From positions 78,476 through 142,475 of the forward strand of contig CAWDTD010000014.1 of the NCBI GenBank assembly GCA_963805125.1: 64,000 nt of DNA. The letters are read 5' to 3'. Each line of letters opens with the position of its first letter. The stretch's first letter is position 1. The notes beneath the pieces were generated by a model that ran no database searches, was not told where the DNA came from, and was given only the letters and a program-made list of their open reading frames with translations. The position numbers were made by a program, and so were the translations under genes. This DNA is from an uncultured delta proteobacterium. Lineage in GTDB: Bacteria > Desulfobacterota > Syntrophobacteria > Syntrophobacterales > Syntrophobacteraceae. Shown in pieces: positions 44,314-53,789 of this stretch.

Positions 44314-45690
44314 ATGAAACATTCGCCATACGTGTCCACCACCAATGCGTGTAAGCTCTGTAAGCCTCTTGGGGCCTGCCTTGCCTTCCGGGGCATCGAG
44401 GGCGCCGTACCCATGCTGCACGGATCTCAAGGCTGCGCAACCTACATGCGCCGCTACATAATAAGTCATTTCAGAGAGCCTATGGACATCGCCTCCTCAT
44501 CGCTTGGAGAAAAACACGCGGTCTATGGCGGAGGACCCAATCTCAAACAGGGACTGCAAAACGTAATGACCAAGTTCGGAGCAAAACTCATCGGTGTTGC
44601 GACCACCTGCCTGACTGAAACCATAGGCGATGACGTGCCGATGATCGTAAAGGAATTCCGCCGGCAGATGCGCGACAGCGGCTTCCCGGACCTTCCGGCG
44701 CTCGTGACGGTATCCACGCCGAGCTATTCCGGAACGCACATGGAAGGATTCCATGCCGCAGTCAGGGCCGTGGTCGAACAGGTCCCGGGGGACGAAAAAT
44801 GCGCACCCATGGCCCGCCAGCCAGCCCTGAATCTGCTGCCGGGTTTTCTCTCACCCGGGGACCTTCGCTACCTGAAGCAGATCATCGATGATTTCCGGTA
44901 CCCCTCGGTCATTCTGCCCGACTTCTCCATGACCCTGGACGGGCCGGCGCTCGAGGACTACGAAAAGATTCCTCGAGGCGGCACACCCATAGAAGACATA
45001 CGGCGCATGGGCGGTGCCACTGCAACCTTCGAGTTCGGTTCAACCCTGGAAAATTGCAAAACGGCCGGGGATTTTCTCCAAGAGCGCTTCGGAGTGGTTT
45101 TGCACCGGATGGGAATTCCAATAGGCATTCGCGAAACAGACGTTTTTTTCGATGCCCTGGAGGAGTTGAGCGGTACCCACCGCCCGGACAGCCACGTTGT
45201 CGAGAAGGGACGCCTGGTCGATTCCTACGTGGATGCGCACAAATACCTCTTTGGCAAGCGCGCTGTCGTTTACGGCGAAGAGGACCTGGTAGTCGGGCTC
45301 ACCTCCTTTTTGACCGAGGTTGGAATTACGCCGGTGCTTTGCGCATCGGGCGGCAAAAGCGGCCGGTTTGCGCCGGCCATGGAGCGGGTTACGGCCGGGA
45401 TAGCGCCCCGCGCGATCCGTGTCCATGAAGGAATGGATTTCCAACAGATCGAGGAGCTTGCCCGGGAGCTTTCACCCGATCTGCTCATCGGGCACAGCAA
45501 AGGCTATACGCTTGCCGGAAAGCTCGGCATTCCCCTCATCCGTGTGGGGTTTCCCATCCACGACCGGTTCGGAGCGCAGAGAATCCTTCACGTGGGCTAC
45601 AGAGGAACACAATCGCTTCTCGACCGCATTGTCAACGCCCTTATCGAACGACATCAAAGCGATTCGCCGGTTGGCTATGCATATATGTGA
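44314..45690 (+). CDS. nifN: Nitrogenase FeMo-cofactor scaffold NifN
   Basis: NACKLCKPLGACLAFRGIEGAVPMLHGSQGCATYMRR, CLTETIGDDV. 458 aa. Confidence 0.9.
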   Translation: MKHSPYVSTTNACKLCKPLGACLAFRGIEGAVPMLHGSQGCATYMRRYIISHFREPMDIASSSLGEKHAVYGGGPNLKQGLQNVMTKFGAKLIGVATTCLTETIGDDVPMIVKEFRRQMRDSGFPDLPALVTVSTPSYSGTHMEGFHAAVRAVVEQVPGDEKCAPMARQPALNLLPGFLSPGDLRYLKQIIDDFRYPSVILPDFSMTLDGPALEDYEKIPRGGTPIEDIRRMGGATATFEFGSTLENCKTAGDFLQERFGVVLHRMGIPIGIRETDVFFDALEELSGTHRPDSHVVEKGRLVDSYVDAHKYLFGKRAVVYGEEDLVVGLTSFLTEVGITPVLCASGGKSGRFAPAMERVTAGIAPRAIRVHEGMDFQQIEELARELSPDLLIGHSKGYTLAGKLGIPLIRVGFPIHDRFGAQRILHVGYRGTQSLLDRIVNALIERHQSDSPVGYAYM

Positions 45691-45704
45691 AAAAGGAAAT
45701 TGAA

Positions 45705-46975
45705 ATGAACATCTCGCGCGATTTGAGCCGCCATCCCTGTTTCAATGCAGCCGTCAAGGGTTCATGCGGCCGTGTCCATCTGCCGGTTGCAGTTCGCTGC
45801 AACATCAGATGCAATTATTGCGACCGCAGGTATGACTGTGTCAACGAAAGCAGGCCGGGGGTGACAAGCGCTCTGCTTTCCCCGCTGCAGGCTTGCCGGT
45901 ACACGGAAAAAATCCTGGAACGCGAGCCGCAGATATCGGTTGCCGGAATCGCCGGCCCGGAGACCCGTTTGCCAACCCGCAGGAAACGCTTGCCACTCTG
46001 CGCCTCATAAGAGAAAAATTCCCGCATATTCTTCTGTGCCTTTCCACCAACGGGCTCGCAATCGGCGGCTACCTCGACGAGGTCGCCGAAATTGGGGTCT
46101 CCCATGTCACTATTACCGTCAATGCCGTCGATCCGCAAATCGGGCAGAGGATATATAGCTGGGTCCGAGACGGAAAGATCGTCCACCGCGGCTTAAAAGG
46201 CGCCCAACTGCTCCTCGGCCGCCAGGTTGCCGCGATCGAAGGACTCAAGACAAGAGGCGTAACGGTCAAGGTCAACACTATTGTGGTTCCTTCCGTAAAC
46301 GACCGCCACGTCGAAGAAGTCGCCAGGACCATGGCGGGTCTTGGAGTCGATATACTCAATTGCATGCCGATGCACCCCAACAGGGATACGCCTTTTGAGG
46401 ATATAGAGGAGCCCGGCAGGCAGATGATCGAGGATATCCAGGCAAGGACCGGGCGTTACCTGCCGCAGATGCGGCACTGCACCAGATGCCGGGCCGATGC
46501 GGTGGGACTTCTGGGAGAAGACCGCAGCGAAGAGCTTCGCGAATGTCTTACGCAATGCGCAGGTCTTTCCATCGACCTTGCCGGGCGGCCCTATGTCGCC
46601 GTGGCGACAATGGAGGGCATGCTGGTAAATCAGCACCTCGGAGAAGCCTATAGGCTCCAGATCTGGTCCAGGACCGAACAGGGATTTCATTGCATCGGGG
46701 AGCGTATGGCCCCCGAACCCGGCGGAGGCCCCCTGAGATGGAAGCAGTTGGCCGAAATTCTCAAGGATTGCCGGGCCCTGCTGGTGGCCGGAATCGGTGA
46801 AACTCCCGCAAATGCGCTCGCACAAGCAGGTGTAAAACCCATCGAGATCGGCGGTTTCATTGAGCCGGCGCTTGCCGCAGTTTATTCGAACAGCGGTTTG
46901 AAAGAGTTCAAATCCAGGCGGCCGGGCGGTTGCTCGAAGGGTCATGGCTGCTCCGGCGCCGGCCAAGGGTGCTAG
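45705..46975 (+). pseudogene. nifB: NifB (radical SAM plus NifX-like domain) with a 1-nt deletion at about 45958-45961
   Basis: CNIRCNYCDRRYDC...ISVAGIAGP is in one frame and GDPFANPQETL...LCLSTNGL...RHCTRCRADAVG plus the NifX-like C-terminus is in the -1-shifted frame. The observed CCGGAGAC would read CCGGGAGAC for an intact AGPGDP. Confidence 0.85.
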
Positions 46976-47249
46976 AAACCCTGCCTGCACACAGCTCGAA
47001 CCATGCGTCATGCGCACGGGAGCGTGGAGCGGCCGTTTTCAAAAACGCACCTCATTTTGGAACTAAAATGTTCTATTCTTCAGATTAGATGCACAAAAAT
47101 GGTCTAATTTGTGATGCTTTTCGCGAAATTAGACGCCCCTGTGCCGGAAGTGGACTAACTTTTGTTCCTTCTTCACACTCAATTCCCGGGCCAATCGGCG
47201 AAAGGAGAAACACCGATGGGCGCCTCGAAAAAGTTTCCCTGCCTCAACC

Positions 47250-47264
47250 TGGCATGAATATTGA
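47250..47264 (+). promoter_or_regulatory. Possible sigma-54 promoter
   Basis: TGGCAT-GAATA-TTGA has correct spacing, but the -12 element is GA rather than GC. It lies 18 nt upstream of the nifA-like ATG. Confidence 0.35.
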
Positions 47265-47281
47265 CTCATATATTTTCGATT

Positions 47282-48820
47282 ATGGAAAAGAGAATAAGGG
47301 AAACCGAACTAAACGTCATATTCGAAACGTGCCGGGTTATCGGGCAGGCCCTCAAACTCGACTAGGCTCTCGACACTATCCTTGCGGTCCTTTCATCATC
47401 CCTTGCGATGAAGCGCGCAACGGTCACTCTGGAAGATGAAGAAACCGGTTATCTGGTAATCCGGGCGTCTCACGGCCTCACACAAGCCGAAAGAAAGCGG
47501 GGAGTCTATCGCTGGGACGAGGGAATAACCGGCCTGATTTTCCGGACCGCCCAGGCCTACATAGTACCGGACATAAGCAAAGAGCCCCTGTTTTTGAACA
47601 AGACACGCTCCAGGCACATTCAGAAGGAGTCCATAAGCTTTCTCGGTGTGCCCGTTCTGCTGCACGGCAAGCCCCATAGGGGTGCTCAATGTGGACAGGC
47701 TGTTCGGCGACGAGGTCCCTTTCGACGAAGATATTCGGCTGCTGTCTATCATTGCGACCCTGATAGCGCAATTCGTAAGCCTCAACCGCCAGGTCCGGCT
47801 GCGCGAAATGAAGATTCTGCTGGACTGTTCTTATCCGGGCAAAACCACCTCGGAGACTCAGAAACGCTTCTTCATGGTCGGCAAAAGCCCGTCCATGGTG
47901 GTGGTGCAGCATCAGATGGAAAGGGTTGCGCCGAGCAGGGCGTCGGTTCTTCTGCTCGGAGAGTCCGGAACGGGCAAAACCCTGGTTGCCAGAATCCTGC
48001 ATGAGCTGAGCACAAGGTCCGGGTCTGCCTTCGTGAAAATAAACTGTGCTTCCCTGCCCGAGAACCTGCTCGAGTCGGAACTTTTCGGCTATGAAAAAGG
48101 GGCCTTTACAGGAGCGGTGAAATCGAAGGCCGGCAGGGTTGAGGAGGCCGATGGCGGAACCATCTTTCTGGATGAAATCGGCGAACTCACTCTGCCGCTC
48201 CAGGCGAAGCTGCTTCGCTTCCTGCAGGAAAAAGAGTTCGAGAGGCTGGGCAGCGCCAATACCAGGAAGGTCGATGTGCGGGTTGTGGCCGCCACTAACA
48301 GGGACCTTGCCGTTGCGGTGGCGGAAGGCGCATTCAGGGAGGATCTCTTCTACAGGCTCAACGTCTTCCCCATTCATGTTCCGCCCCTGAGGGAACGAAA
48401 GGAAGACATCCCGGACCTTCTGCGTCATTTCGCCGAGAAGATATCTCAGGAGTATGGCCGCAATATCGGCATATCCAAATCGGCAATGTCCATGCTGACT
48501 CAATACGATTGGCCCGGCAACGTGCGGGAGATGGAAAACCTGATAGAGCGCCGGTTATCATGGCTGATGGCGATGAAATCGATGCAGGCCTGCTGACTTC
48601 ATACCTGGGCCAACAGTGCGCGGAGCAGGGCGCCCGGCAGCCTCTTTCGCGAATCGAGGAGATTGAACGCAGGGAAATTCTAACGGCCCTCGAGCGCAAC
48701 AAATGGAATCAGACGCGCACCGCAAAAGAACTCGGGATTACACTGAGGCAGATTTCGTACCGGGTCAGAAAATTCGGATTGGATAAACCGATGGAAACAC
48801 GACACGGGTCTGAGGCGTAA
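47282..48820 (+). pseudogene. nifA: Sigma-54-dependent GAF-AAA+-HTH activator (NifA-like) carrying one in-frame stop and two frameshifts
   Basis: MEKRIRETELNVIFETCRVIGQALKLD, then TAG (47363-47365), then ALDTIL. There is an extra C in the run at 47672-47675, between LLHGKP and [10 protein letters not shown]. The AAA+ core is intact ([24 protein letters not shown]). There is a 1-nt loss near 48550, between ENLIER and [10 protein letters not shown] Fis-type HTH forms the C-terminus. Confidence 0.8.
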
Positions 48821-48869
48821 GTGTATCTGCGATCCACCAGGTGCGAATTTGTTCGGCGATGTTTTCCCC

Positions 48870-48973
48870 TGGTCCCCAACCGCCGCCGCCCGGGCCCTGT
48901 GGCTGTCTGGAAGCCGCAAAACGCGCAGGCCTCACCCTCCCTTACCTCGGCAGCCGGCACCCGCTTTGTTGAC
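48870..48973 (+). pseudogene. Remnant of the 3' end of a paralogue of the radical SAM gene at 31473-32606
   Basis: CTGGAAGCCGCAAAACGCGC.GGCCTCACCC...CTCGGCA...TTTGTTGA aligns with 32530-32606 and translates to CLEAAKRAGLT..LG....LC stop. Confidence 0.5.
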
Positions 48974-49094
48974 CAACCGCAAAGGGTCCTTTTCCACGTA
49001 TTTTAATCACCGGTTGCCAGATTGAGCAACATTGGCTATGAAGTCGCTCAGGATGGTTCAGACTCTGTTTTCACGCTCGCGGAGGAGAAAGAAA

Positions 49095-50360
49095 ATGTCA
49101 TATGAAGAAAGATTCGAGAAGGTTCTCAGGCTGGCGGATGCCCTGGGGGAGCACAGGGAGCAGATAGTGGAGCTTGCGGTGAAGGACCTGCGCTTTACCG
49201 TCAGGGACTGTCGCAGGGAGGTGGACATCGCCATGGAAAGGCTCGGGATGTTCGAGCAGACGGAAAGCATGCTGCGCGACAGGAAGCCCCTGGGAGGCCC
49301 GGGCTCGCGGGTCTGCCTCATGCTCTCTTACAACGGCAGCGCCTGGGTCAACACGGCCATAGCCTCCATCTATCTCGTCGGAAACCGGGTGACCGTCAAG
49401 TTCTCGTCCAGGGGGCGCGATGTGATGAAGCTCACCGAAAGCATCTATCGGCCTGTTTTCGGAGACGACATCACGTTCCACCATGGCGGGGGCAGGACCT
49501 TCATGGAGCAATCCCTGAAAGATTCCGACGTGTCCGCCGTCGTCGCCTTCGGGTTCGATGAAAATATCCTGCCCTACGAGCAGGCTTTCAGGGAATCGGG
49601 AAAAAAGCTCGTATTCGAGGGGCCGGGCTCGGACCCATTCATTGTCTTTCCGGATGCGGACTTGGAGCTTGCGCTCACCGACCTCGTTGCAGGCAAGTTC
49701 ATGTACTCGGGGCAGGTCTGTACGGCGCCAAAGAGGATCTACATCCATGAAGCGATTTATGATGAGTTTCTTGCGATGTTCGTTGACCGGGTGAAGCGCC
49801 TCGAGGTAGGAGACCCCGCAGACGAGCGGACCGATGTTACGCCCGTGGCGAGCGACCTCGCGGTAAAGCGCATAGGCGAGCAGCTTGAGGAAGCCGTGCG
49901 GCTGGGGGCTCAACTCCTCGTGGGCGGCAGGATCGAGGGGAATCTCGTCTACCCGACGGTTGTGAAAAACGCTGCCGATGGAATGCTCGGGATGCGTGAG
50001 GAGGTCTTCGGCCCCGTTGCTTTCACTTCCAGCTTCAATTCAGCACCCGAAGTCCTGGCCAGGGCTAAAAACCACAAGTACGGACTTCGTGCCGCCGTGT
50101 TCGGGGGAAAGGAAGCGCAGACAGTTGCGGAAGCCCTCAAAGGGCAAGACTACTGCCATCCCGTGGACAGCTACACCTTCGGCGCCTTCGGGACGGTGGC
50201 CTGCAACGAGACGAAGGCCGCCTCATGGCGCGGGGCTTTTGTCACCAAACCCGTCGGCGGCTACGGCTATTCGGGATGGATTTGGGAGACGGTCGGAGGA
50301 AAGTTTCGCCTGAAGCAGGGGCCCAAGCTCCTGAGCACCGAGACTTCCGAGCCATTCTAA
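49095..50360 (+). CDS. Aldehyde dehydrogenase family protein
   Basis: ATG behind GGAGGAG. Motifs FEGPGSDPFIV and catalytic-Cys context SGQVCTAPKRIY, then EEVFGPV. Confidence 0.8.
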   Translation: MSYEERFEKVLRLADALGEHREQIVELAVKDLRFTVRDCRREVDIAMERLGMFEQTESMLRDRKPLGGPGSRVCLMLSYNGSAWVNTAIASIYLVGNRVTVKFSSRGRDVMKLTESIYRPVFGDDITFHHGGGRTFMEQSLKDSDVSAVVAFGFDENILPYEQAFRESGKKLVFEGPGSDPFIVFPDADLELALTDLVAGKFMYSGQVCTAPKRIYIHEAIYDEFLAMFVDRVKRLEVGDPADERTDVTPVASDLAVKRIGEQLEEAVRLGAQLLVGGRIEGNLVYPTVVKNAADGMLGMREEVFGPVAFTSSFNSAPEVLARAKNHKYGLRAAVFGGKEAQTVAEALKGQDYCHPVDSYTFGAFGTVACNETKAASWRGAFVTKPVGGYGYSGWIWETVGGKFRLKQGPKLLSTETSEPF

Positions 50361-50375
50361 ATGTGATTACGAATT

Positions 50376-50573
50376 TTGTATGTTTCATGGGGACTTTCTA
50401 ACGGCGTGAGTGAAGAAGAGCCAGGGTTGTTCTATGTCGGCTGCACCAGGGCCGAACGCAACCTTCATATTTGCTGTGCCAACACGAGGCAAAACAAGTG
50501 GAGCGGGATCGGTCCGTTTTTGGACGAGCTTTCAGATGAGTTTTTTGGGCATCCGGCGATCCTTTCGGCATGA
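50376..50573 (+). pseudogene. C-terminal fragment of a UvrD/REP-type helicase
   Basis: EEEPGLFYVGCTRAERNLHI matches the conserved helicase motif VI region. There is no upstream helicase body. Confidence 0.5.
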
Positions 50574-50790
50574 GAAATTATTGGGAAATGGAAAAAGTGA
50601 TAAATACAGGAGGCATTATTCTGAATGATTCCGACGCAGTAACGGTATCTGGATGATGCCGGTCGAAAATTCAAGCGCGGGAGTGCATGTCGTCTGCACA
50701 TGCGAGCATCCCGAACTTATCGTCATCACGGTCTATGAGGCGAAGCCGCCAAAGTGGGAGACCCCTTTCAAGAAAGGAATGAGATCATGA
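50570..50790 (+). pseudogene. DUF4258-like toxin remnant (frameshifted)
   Basis: EKVINTGGIILNDSDAVTVSG in one frame, continued by MPVENSSAGVHVVCTCEHPELIVITVYEAKPPKW in another. Confidence 0.4.
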
Positions 50791-50906
50791 GGAAGTGTCC
50801 CATTCATTCCTGTCCGGGCAAGTGCGAAGAACGACGCATCATCCATGTTATCAAGCATCACGGGGATGTGAGAGTGAGTAACCATACAGGAACCGGAAGG
50901 GCCGAT
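50787..50906 (+). CDS. Short YgiT/MqsA-type zinc-finger antitoxin-like ORF (probably truncated)
   Basis: MRKCPIHSCPGKCEERRIIHVIKHHGDVRV. The start overlaps the stop of the toxin remnant. Confidence 0.3.
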
Positions 50907-51001
50907 TAAGCGGCGAAAGACTGCTTCTAATTCCATCCGTGCACACGAGATGCACAGGAAACACCAGACAGGACATTGTGAAAAGTTGATGTTTTGTAAC
51001 T

Positions 51002-51065
51002 TGGCGGAAGCGCATGGGAATCGAACCCATCGCCACATAGACTCCGTAAGGGTTTGCAGGCGAGA
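51002..51065 (-). other. tRNA-3'-end-like fragment
   Basis: The minus strand reads ATGGGTTCGATTCCCATGCGCTTCCGCCA (T-arm, acceptor strand, CCA). There is no 5' half. Confidence 0.4.
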
Positions 51066-51101
51066 GGGACAACAGAGGGACACCGGAAAAGTGGGTGCGG
51101 G

Positions 51102-51337
51102 AATCGAACCCGCAGTGATATAGACGGGGCAAGGATTTATGGACTTCTGCACGACTTGTGCAACACCCGGGTTTGTTCGGCGGCGTCCGGTAGCTTGTGA
51201 ACCTCGCGTCGGGTGAGGTATTTTCAACCTCTTGTGATTTTGTCCGGTTTCCAGAGTGCTATTCAGCACGAAAAGCAAGGCGCAATGCGGGGATGCTTTT
51301 AGGATATGGAGAAAATACGCTCAATTGTCCCGTTTTG
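51102..51337. repeat. att-like module, copy II (partner at 18041-18272)
   Basis: It has the same 66-nt block as copy I, including a GCGGGTTCGATTCCCGC T-arm-like hairpin on the minus strand. TTTGTCCGGTTT (51238-51250) and TTGTCCCGTTT (51324-51335) are spaced about 86 nt apart, as in copy I. Confidence 0.6.
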
Positions 51338-51365
51338 AGTTCAAAACGTTGAGCAGTAGATTTCT

Positions 51366-51590
51366 TTAGTCTAAATGGGTTGCCTCAATCGTTTCTTTTC
51401 TTTTGATGTGGATGATCTTAAACTTTGAACCGATGTACGATTCAACGGTAACATCTTCAGTGATCATCCACATCATTGATGTGGTTTTGTTAAATGCGGA
51501 GACTTCCCATTTTGAGCCGTCGTCAAGCGTGATGAGACCTCCGGCATTTTCGACTTTTTTAATTGAATGTTTCCCTGTGCGTAGATACAT
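51366..51590 (-). CDS. Small hypothetical protein
   Basis: MYLRTGKHSIKKVENAGGLITLDDGSKWEVSAFNKTTSMMWMITEDVTV. The longer ORF-track version runs into the MITE, so the internal ATG was chosen. AT-rich. Confidence 0.4.
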   Translation of the reverse strand: MYLRTGKHSIKKVENAGGLITLDDGSKWEVSAFNKTTSMMWMITEDVTVESYIGSKFKIIHIKRKETIEATHLD

Positions 51591-51615
51591 AGCAACTCTT
51601 TTGCAGCACCCTTTA

Positions 51616-51728
51616 TACCAAGTTGCGCCCATACGGGTAAGAATTGGCCATTGGAACCCCCCTTTTCTAAAGGGGGGCAGGGGGGATTTTGTGAATGGAG
51701 GTTTTACCTCTTTGAGCGCAACTTGGTA
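51616..51728. mobile_element. MITE family 1, 113-bp subfamily
   Basis: Near-identical to 38950-39062. TTA duplicated at 51613-51615 and 51729-51731. Inserted about 25 nt upstream of the small gene start. Confidence 0.88.
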
Positions 51729-52324
51729 TTAGAACCTCGACTTTCATGACTTCCTCATAGCCCAAAATATCCGTTTCGTGAGATCATTTTGTTCGGTTTG
51801 CAGTATGATTGCCTTGTAGTTACCTACTCCATTCCCCCATACCATTGAGGCGGGACATTTTCGCTCTCCAGAAATCAGCTTTTGATTTATTATCCTTGAT
51901 TTCGATGCACGGGTGCAAGCCTTGAAGTAATTTCCATTGCAGGCTCGTCTCCGCGTTCAAAATCGAAGCGGACCTTCATCAGGCTTGGAGAGAAGAGAGG
52001 GAAAAGCAACTTCACTCCGATGTTGAAAGCATTCCTGAGGATCGTAGAGTGAGATCGATTCGGTTGCATCGGCAGGTGTTTCGGTGCGCGACGGAGGCGG
52101 GCCATGCTTTGCCATGCATTCCCAAGGGATAGTCCATGATGGAGATCCTCTGAGAGGCTTTCGCAAAAGAAATCTTGAGTCTCGTTGTGAAGTAGATATG
52201 AGTGGTTCGACCTTCTCCAGAAATCATCCGATACTTCTCAAGACTGAGTTCTTACAATTCCCCCTCTGGCTGGCATTATAGGATGAAGCAGTGAGGAATA
52301 CGGTAGAATCATGAGAGAATTGCA

Positions 52325-52354
52325 AGTTTATTTACGGATAAGTTCTAAGTCCTG
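52325..52354. mobile_element. Solo right end of MITE family 2
   Basis: GTTTATTTACGGATAAGTTCTAAGTCCTGG compared with TTTTATTTACGGACAAGCCCTAAGTCTCTGG at 16163-16193. Confidence 0.45.
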
Positions 52355-52456
52355 GAAGCTTATATGGGAAGTAACAAGATGCTGACATGCAAATATTACT
52401 TACAAGGGCGTCCCCGATGGCGACAGTTCCCTGAGGATGTCCTCGTCGACTTCCGC

Positions 52457-53203
52457 TCAGGAGGGATAGATGATTGGGCGGAACGACGACTCCGTAGGGT
52501 GGAACGAGAAATACCCCCTAAAGCCTTGTTGCTCAAGAGAGCCTTGGCGGAATTTTGCTGCCGACGCGCACAAAACGGCCAAGCAGAGCTTCTTGGGGTC
52601 CGCCCTGCAAACCCCACAAAGGGTGCCCTGTATAGCCCGCTTGCCGTACTCGTTTGCAGCTTTTTCCAGTTTGTTCAGTGTCTTCCAGGACTCTTCGTGC
52701 CATGCCCGCTGGTAAGATCGGGAATCAAATACGGGATACAAGGCCTGTTTTTGACGGTCCAGGAAGGCGCGGGATTCCAGGGGAATTCCATATCCGAACG
52801 ACCAGGCGGTGATCGTGTAAGCATTCGCATAAAGCCCGTAATACCTGCTGGCAAGCGATACGGCATCAATAGTCTCGATAATTATCATCGCGATAAGCCC
52901 CAGCGCGCCCAATACACTTAGCACGGGTCCGATGATTGCCAGGGTCACGCCTCCGCCAGCTGCGCTGGCGATTGCCGATTCCGACGCGGCCCCGCCGATA
53001 GTAAGCGTGTGCACAAAATGCGCGACTTTCGACGAGGTCTCGGCAAGCGTCAACGCTCCCTCTCCAATTTCAAGCCCGGAGTGACCAAGATGAATGTAAT
53101 GCAGAGCGTGCTCTAAGATTTCCCCTTGCTCGCTGGTCAGTTCGTACTTTTCAATGAGTTGCTTGACTAGCTGCTTGTATTCACCTTCGGTCATTCTTGC
53201 CAT
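52457..53203 (-). CDS. Hypothetical protein with a central Gly/Ala-rich TM region
   Basis: 248-aa ORF, the longest in this stretch, with the hydrophobic segment GGGVTLAIIGPVLSVLGALGLIAMIIIETI. No recognised domain. It overlaps an opposite-strand ORF that I consider spurious. Confidence 0.45.
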   Translation of the reverse strand: MARMTEGEYKQLVKQLIEKYELTSEQGEILEHALHYIHLGHSGLEIGEGALTLAETSSKVAHFVHTLTIGGAASESAIASAAGGGVTLAIIGPVLSVLGALGLIAMIIIETIDAVSLASRYYGLYANAYTITAWSFGYGIPLESRAFLDRQKQALYPVFDSRSYQRAWHEESWKTLNKLEKAANEYGKRAIQGTLCGVCRADPKKLCLAVLCASAAKFRQGSLEQQGFRGYFSFHPTESSFRPIIYPS

Positions 53204-53226
53204 GGCTCAACAGACCTCTTTTTATT

Positions 53227-53415
53227 TCACCCATTCTTATCTGATTTGATTTGGCAATAGGCCCATTCTTGCATAAATCCGTCTATCATGCAATAGTAGT
53301 GCGTGTCAAGCGTGAAATTAGAAGTATGAGCAAACTCCGATGTGCTCATTGCAGATGCCACTTTGCTGCTGAATAGAGGAGGTTGTGCTTTTTGCGGTTC
53401 ATCGCAGTCCATCAT
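53227..53415 (-). CDS. Possible small ORF upstream of the 248-aa gene
   Basis: 62 aa with no clear Shine-Dalgarno. Listed only because it is co-oriented and adjacent. Confidence 0.2.
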   Translation of the reverse strand: MMDCDEPQKAQPPLFSSKVASAMSTSEFAHTSNFTLDTHYYCMIDGFMQEWAYCQIKSDKNG

Positions 53416-53789
53416 GTCCCATGGGGCACCCTGAGACTATAAGAAAACTCGGCATCAGAGTTTCCGCTCCTCGCTACTCGCTCCATGTCTTTATTCCCGC
53501 TTCGTGCTCCTTGATTCTCGCTCCCGAGCTGCGGTCTCTGCGCAGCAGCGAACGATTACCTTGCCGGAACCGAAAATTCCCCCTCCCCTGCTGTCAGCTT
53601 GCACAATGATTCGAAAATGGCAAGAATTTCAGCTCGCCAATTCTCCAGGCATACAAGAGCTGTGCGGAGTTTTCCTCTTTCCAGCTGAAGATCAGGAATC
53701 ATTAGCGGCGGCCACGGTGCCTAAACAACCTCATATATGGCTCCGCCGTGCGCTGGATTCCTTGGGCTAATCCAGATTCCGTTTAAACC

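Noticed and set aside
47363-47365. In-frame TAG in the nifA-like gene as a pyrrolysine or readthrough codon
   Set aside because: No pyl genes or PYLIS-like context are visible. The same gene also has two frameshifts, so simple inactivation is the more economical reading.
52364-52921. 185-aa plus-strand ORF overlapping the 248-aa minus-strand gene
   Set aside because: It is shorter and has no ribosome-binding site. I kept the longer minus-strand ORF with its plausible TM segment, although neither is certain.
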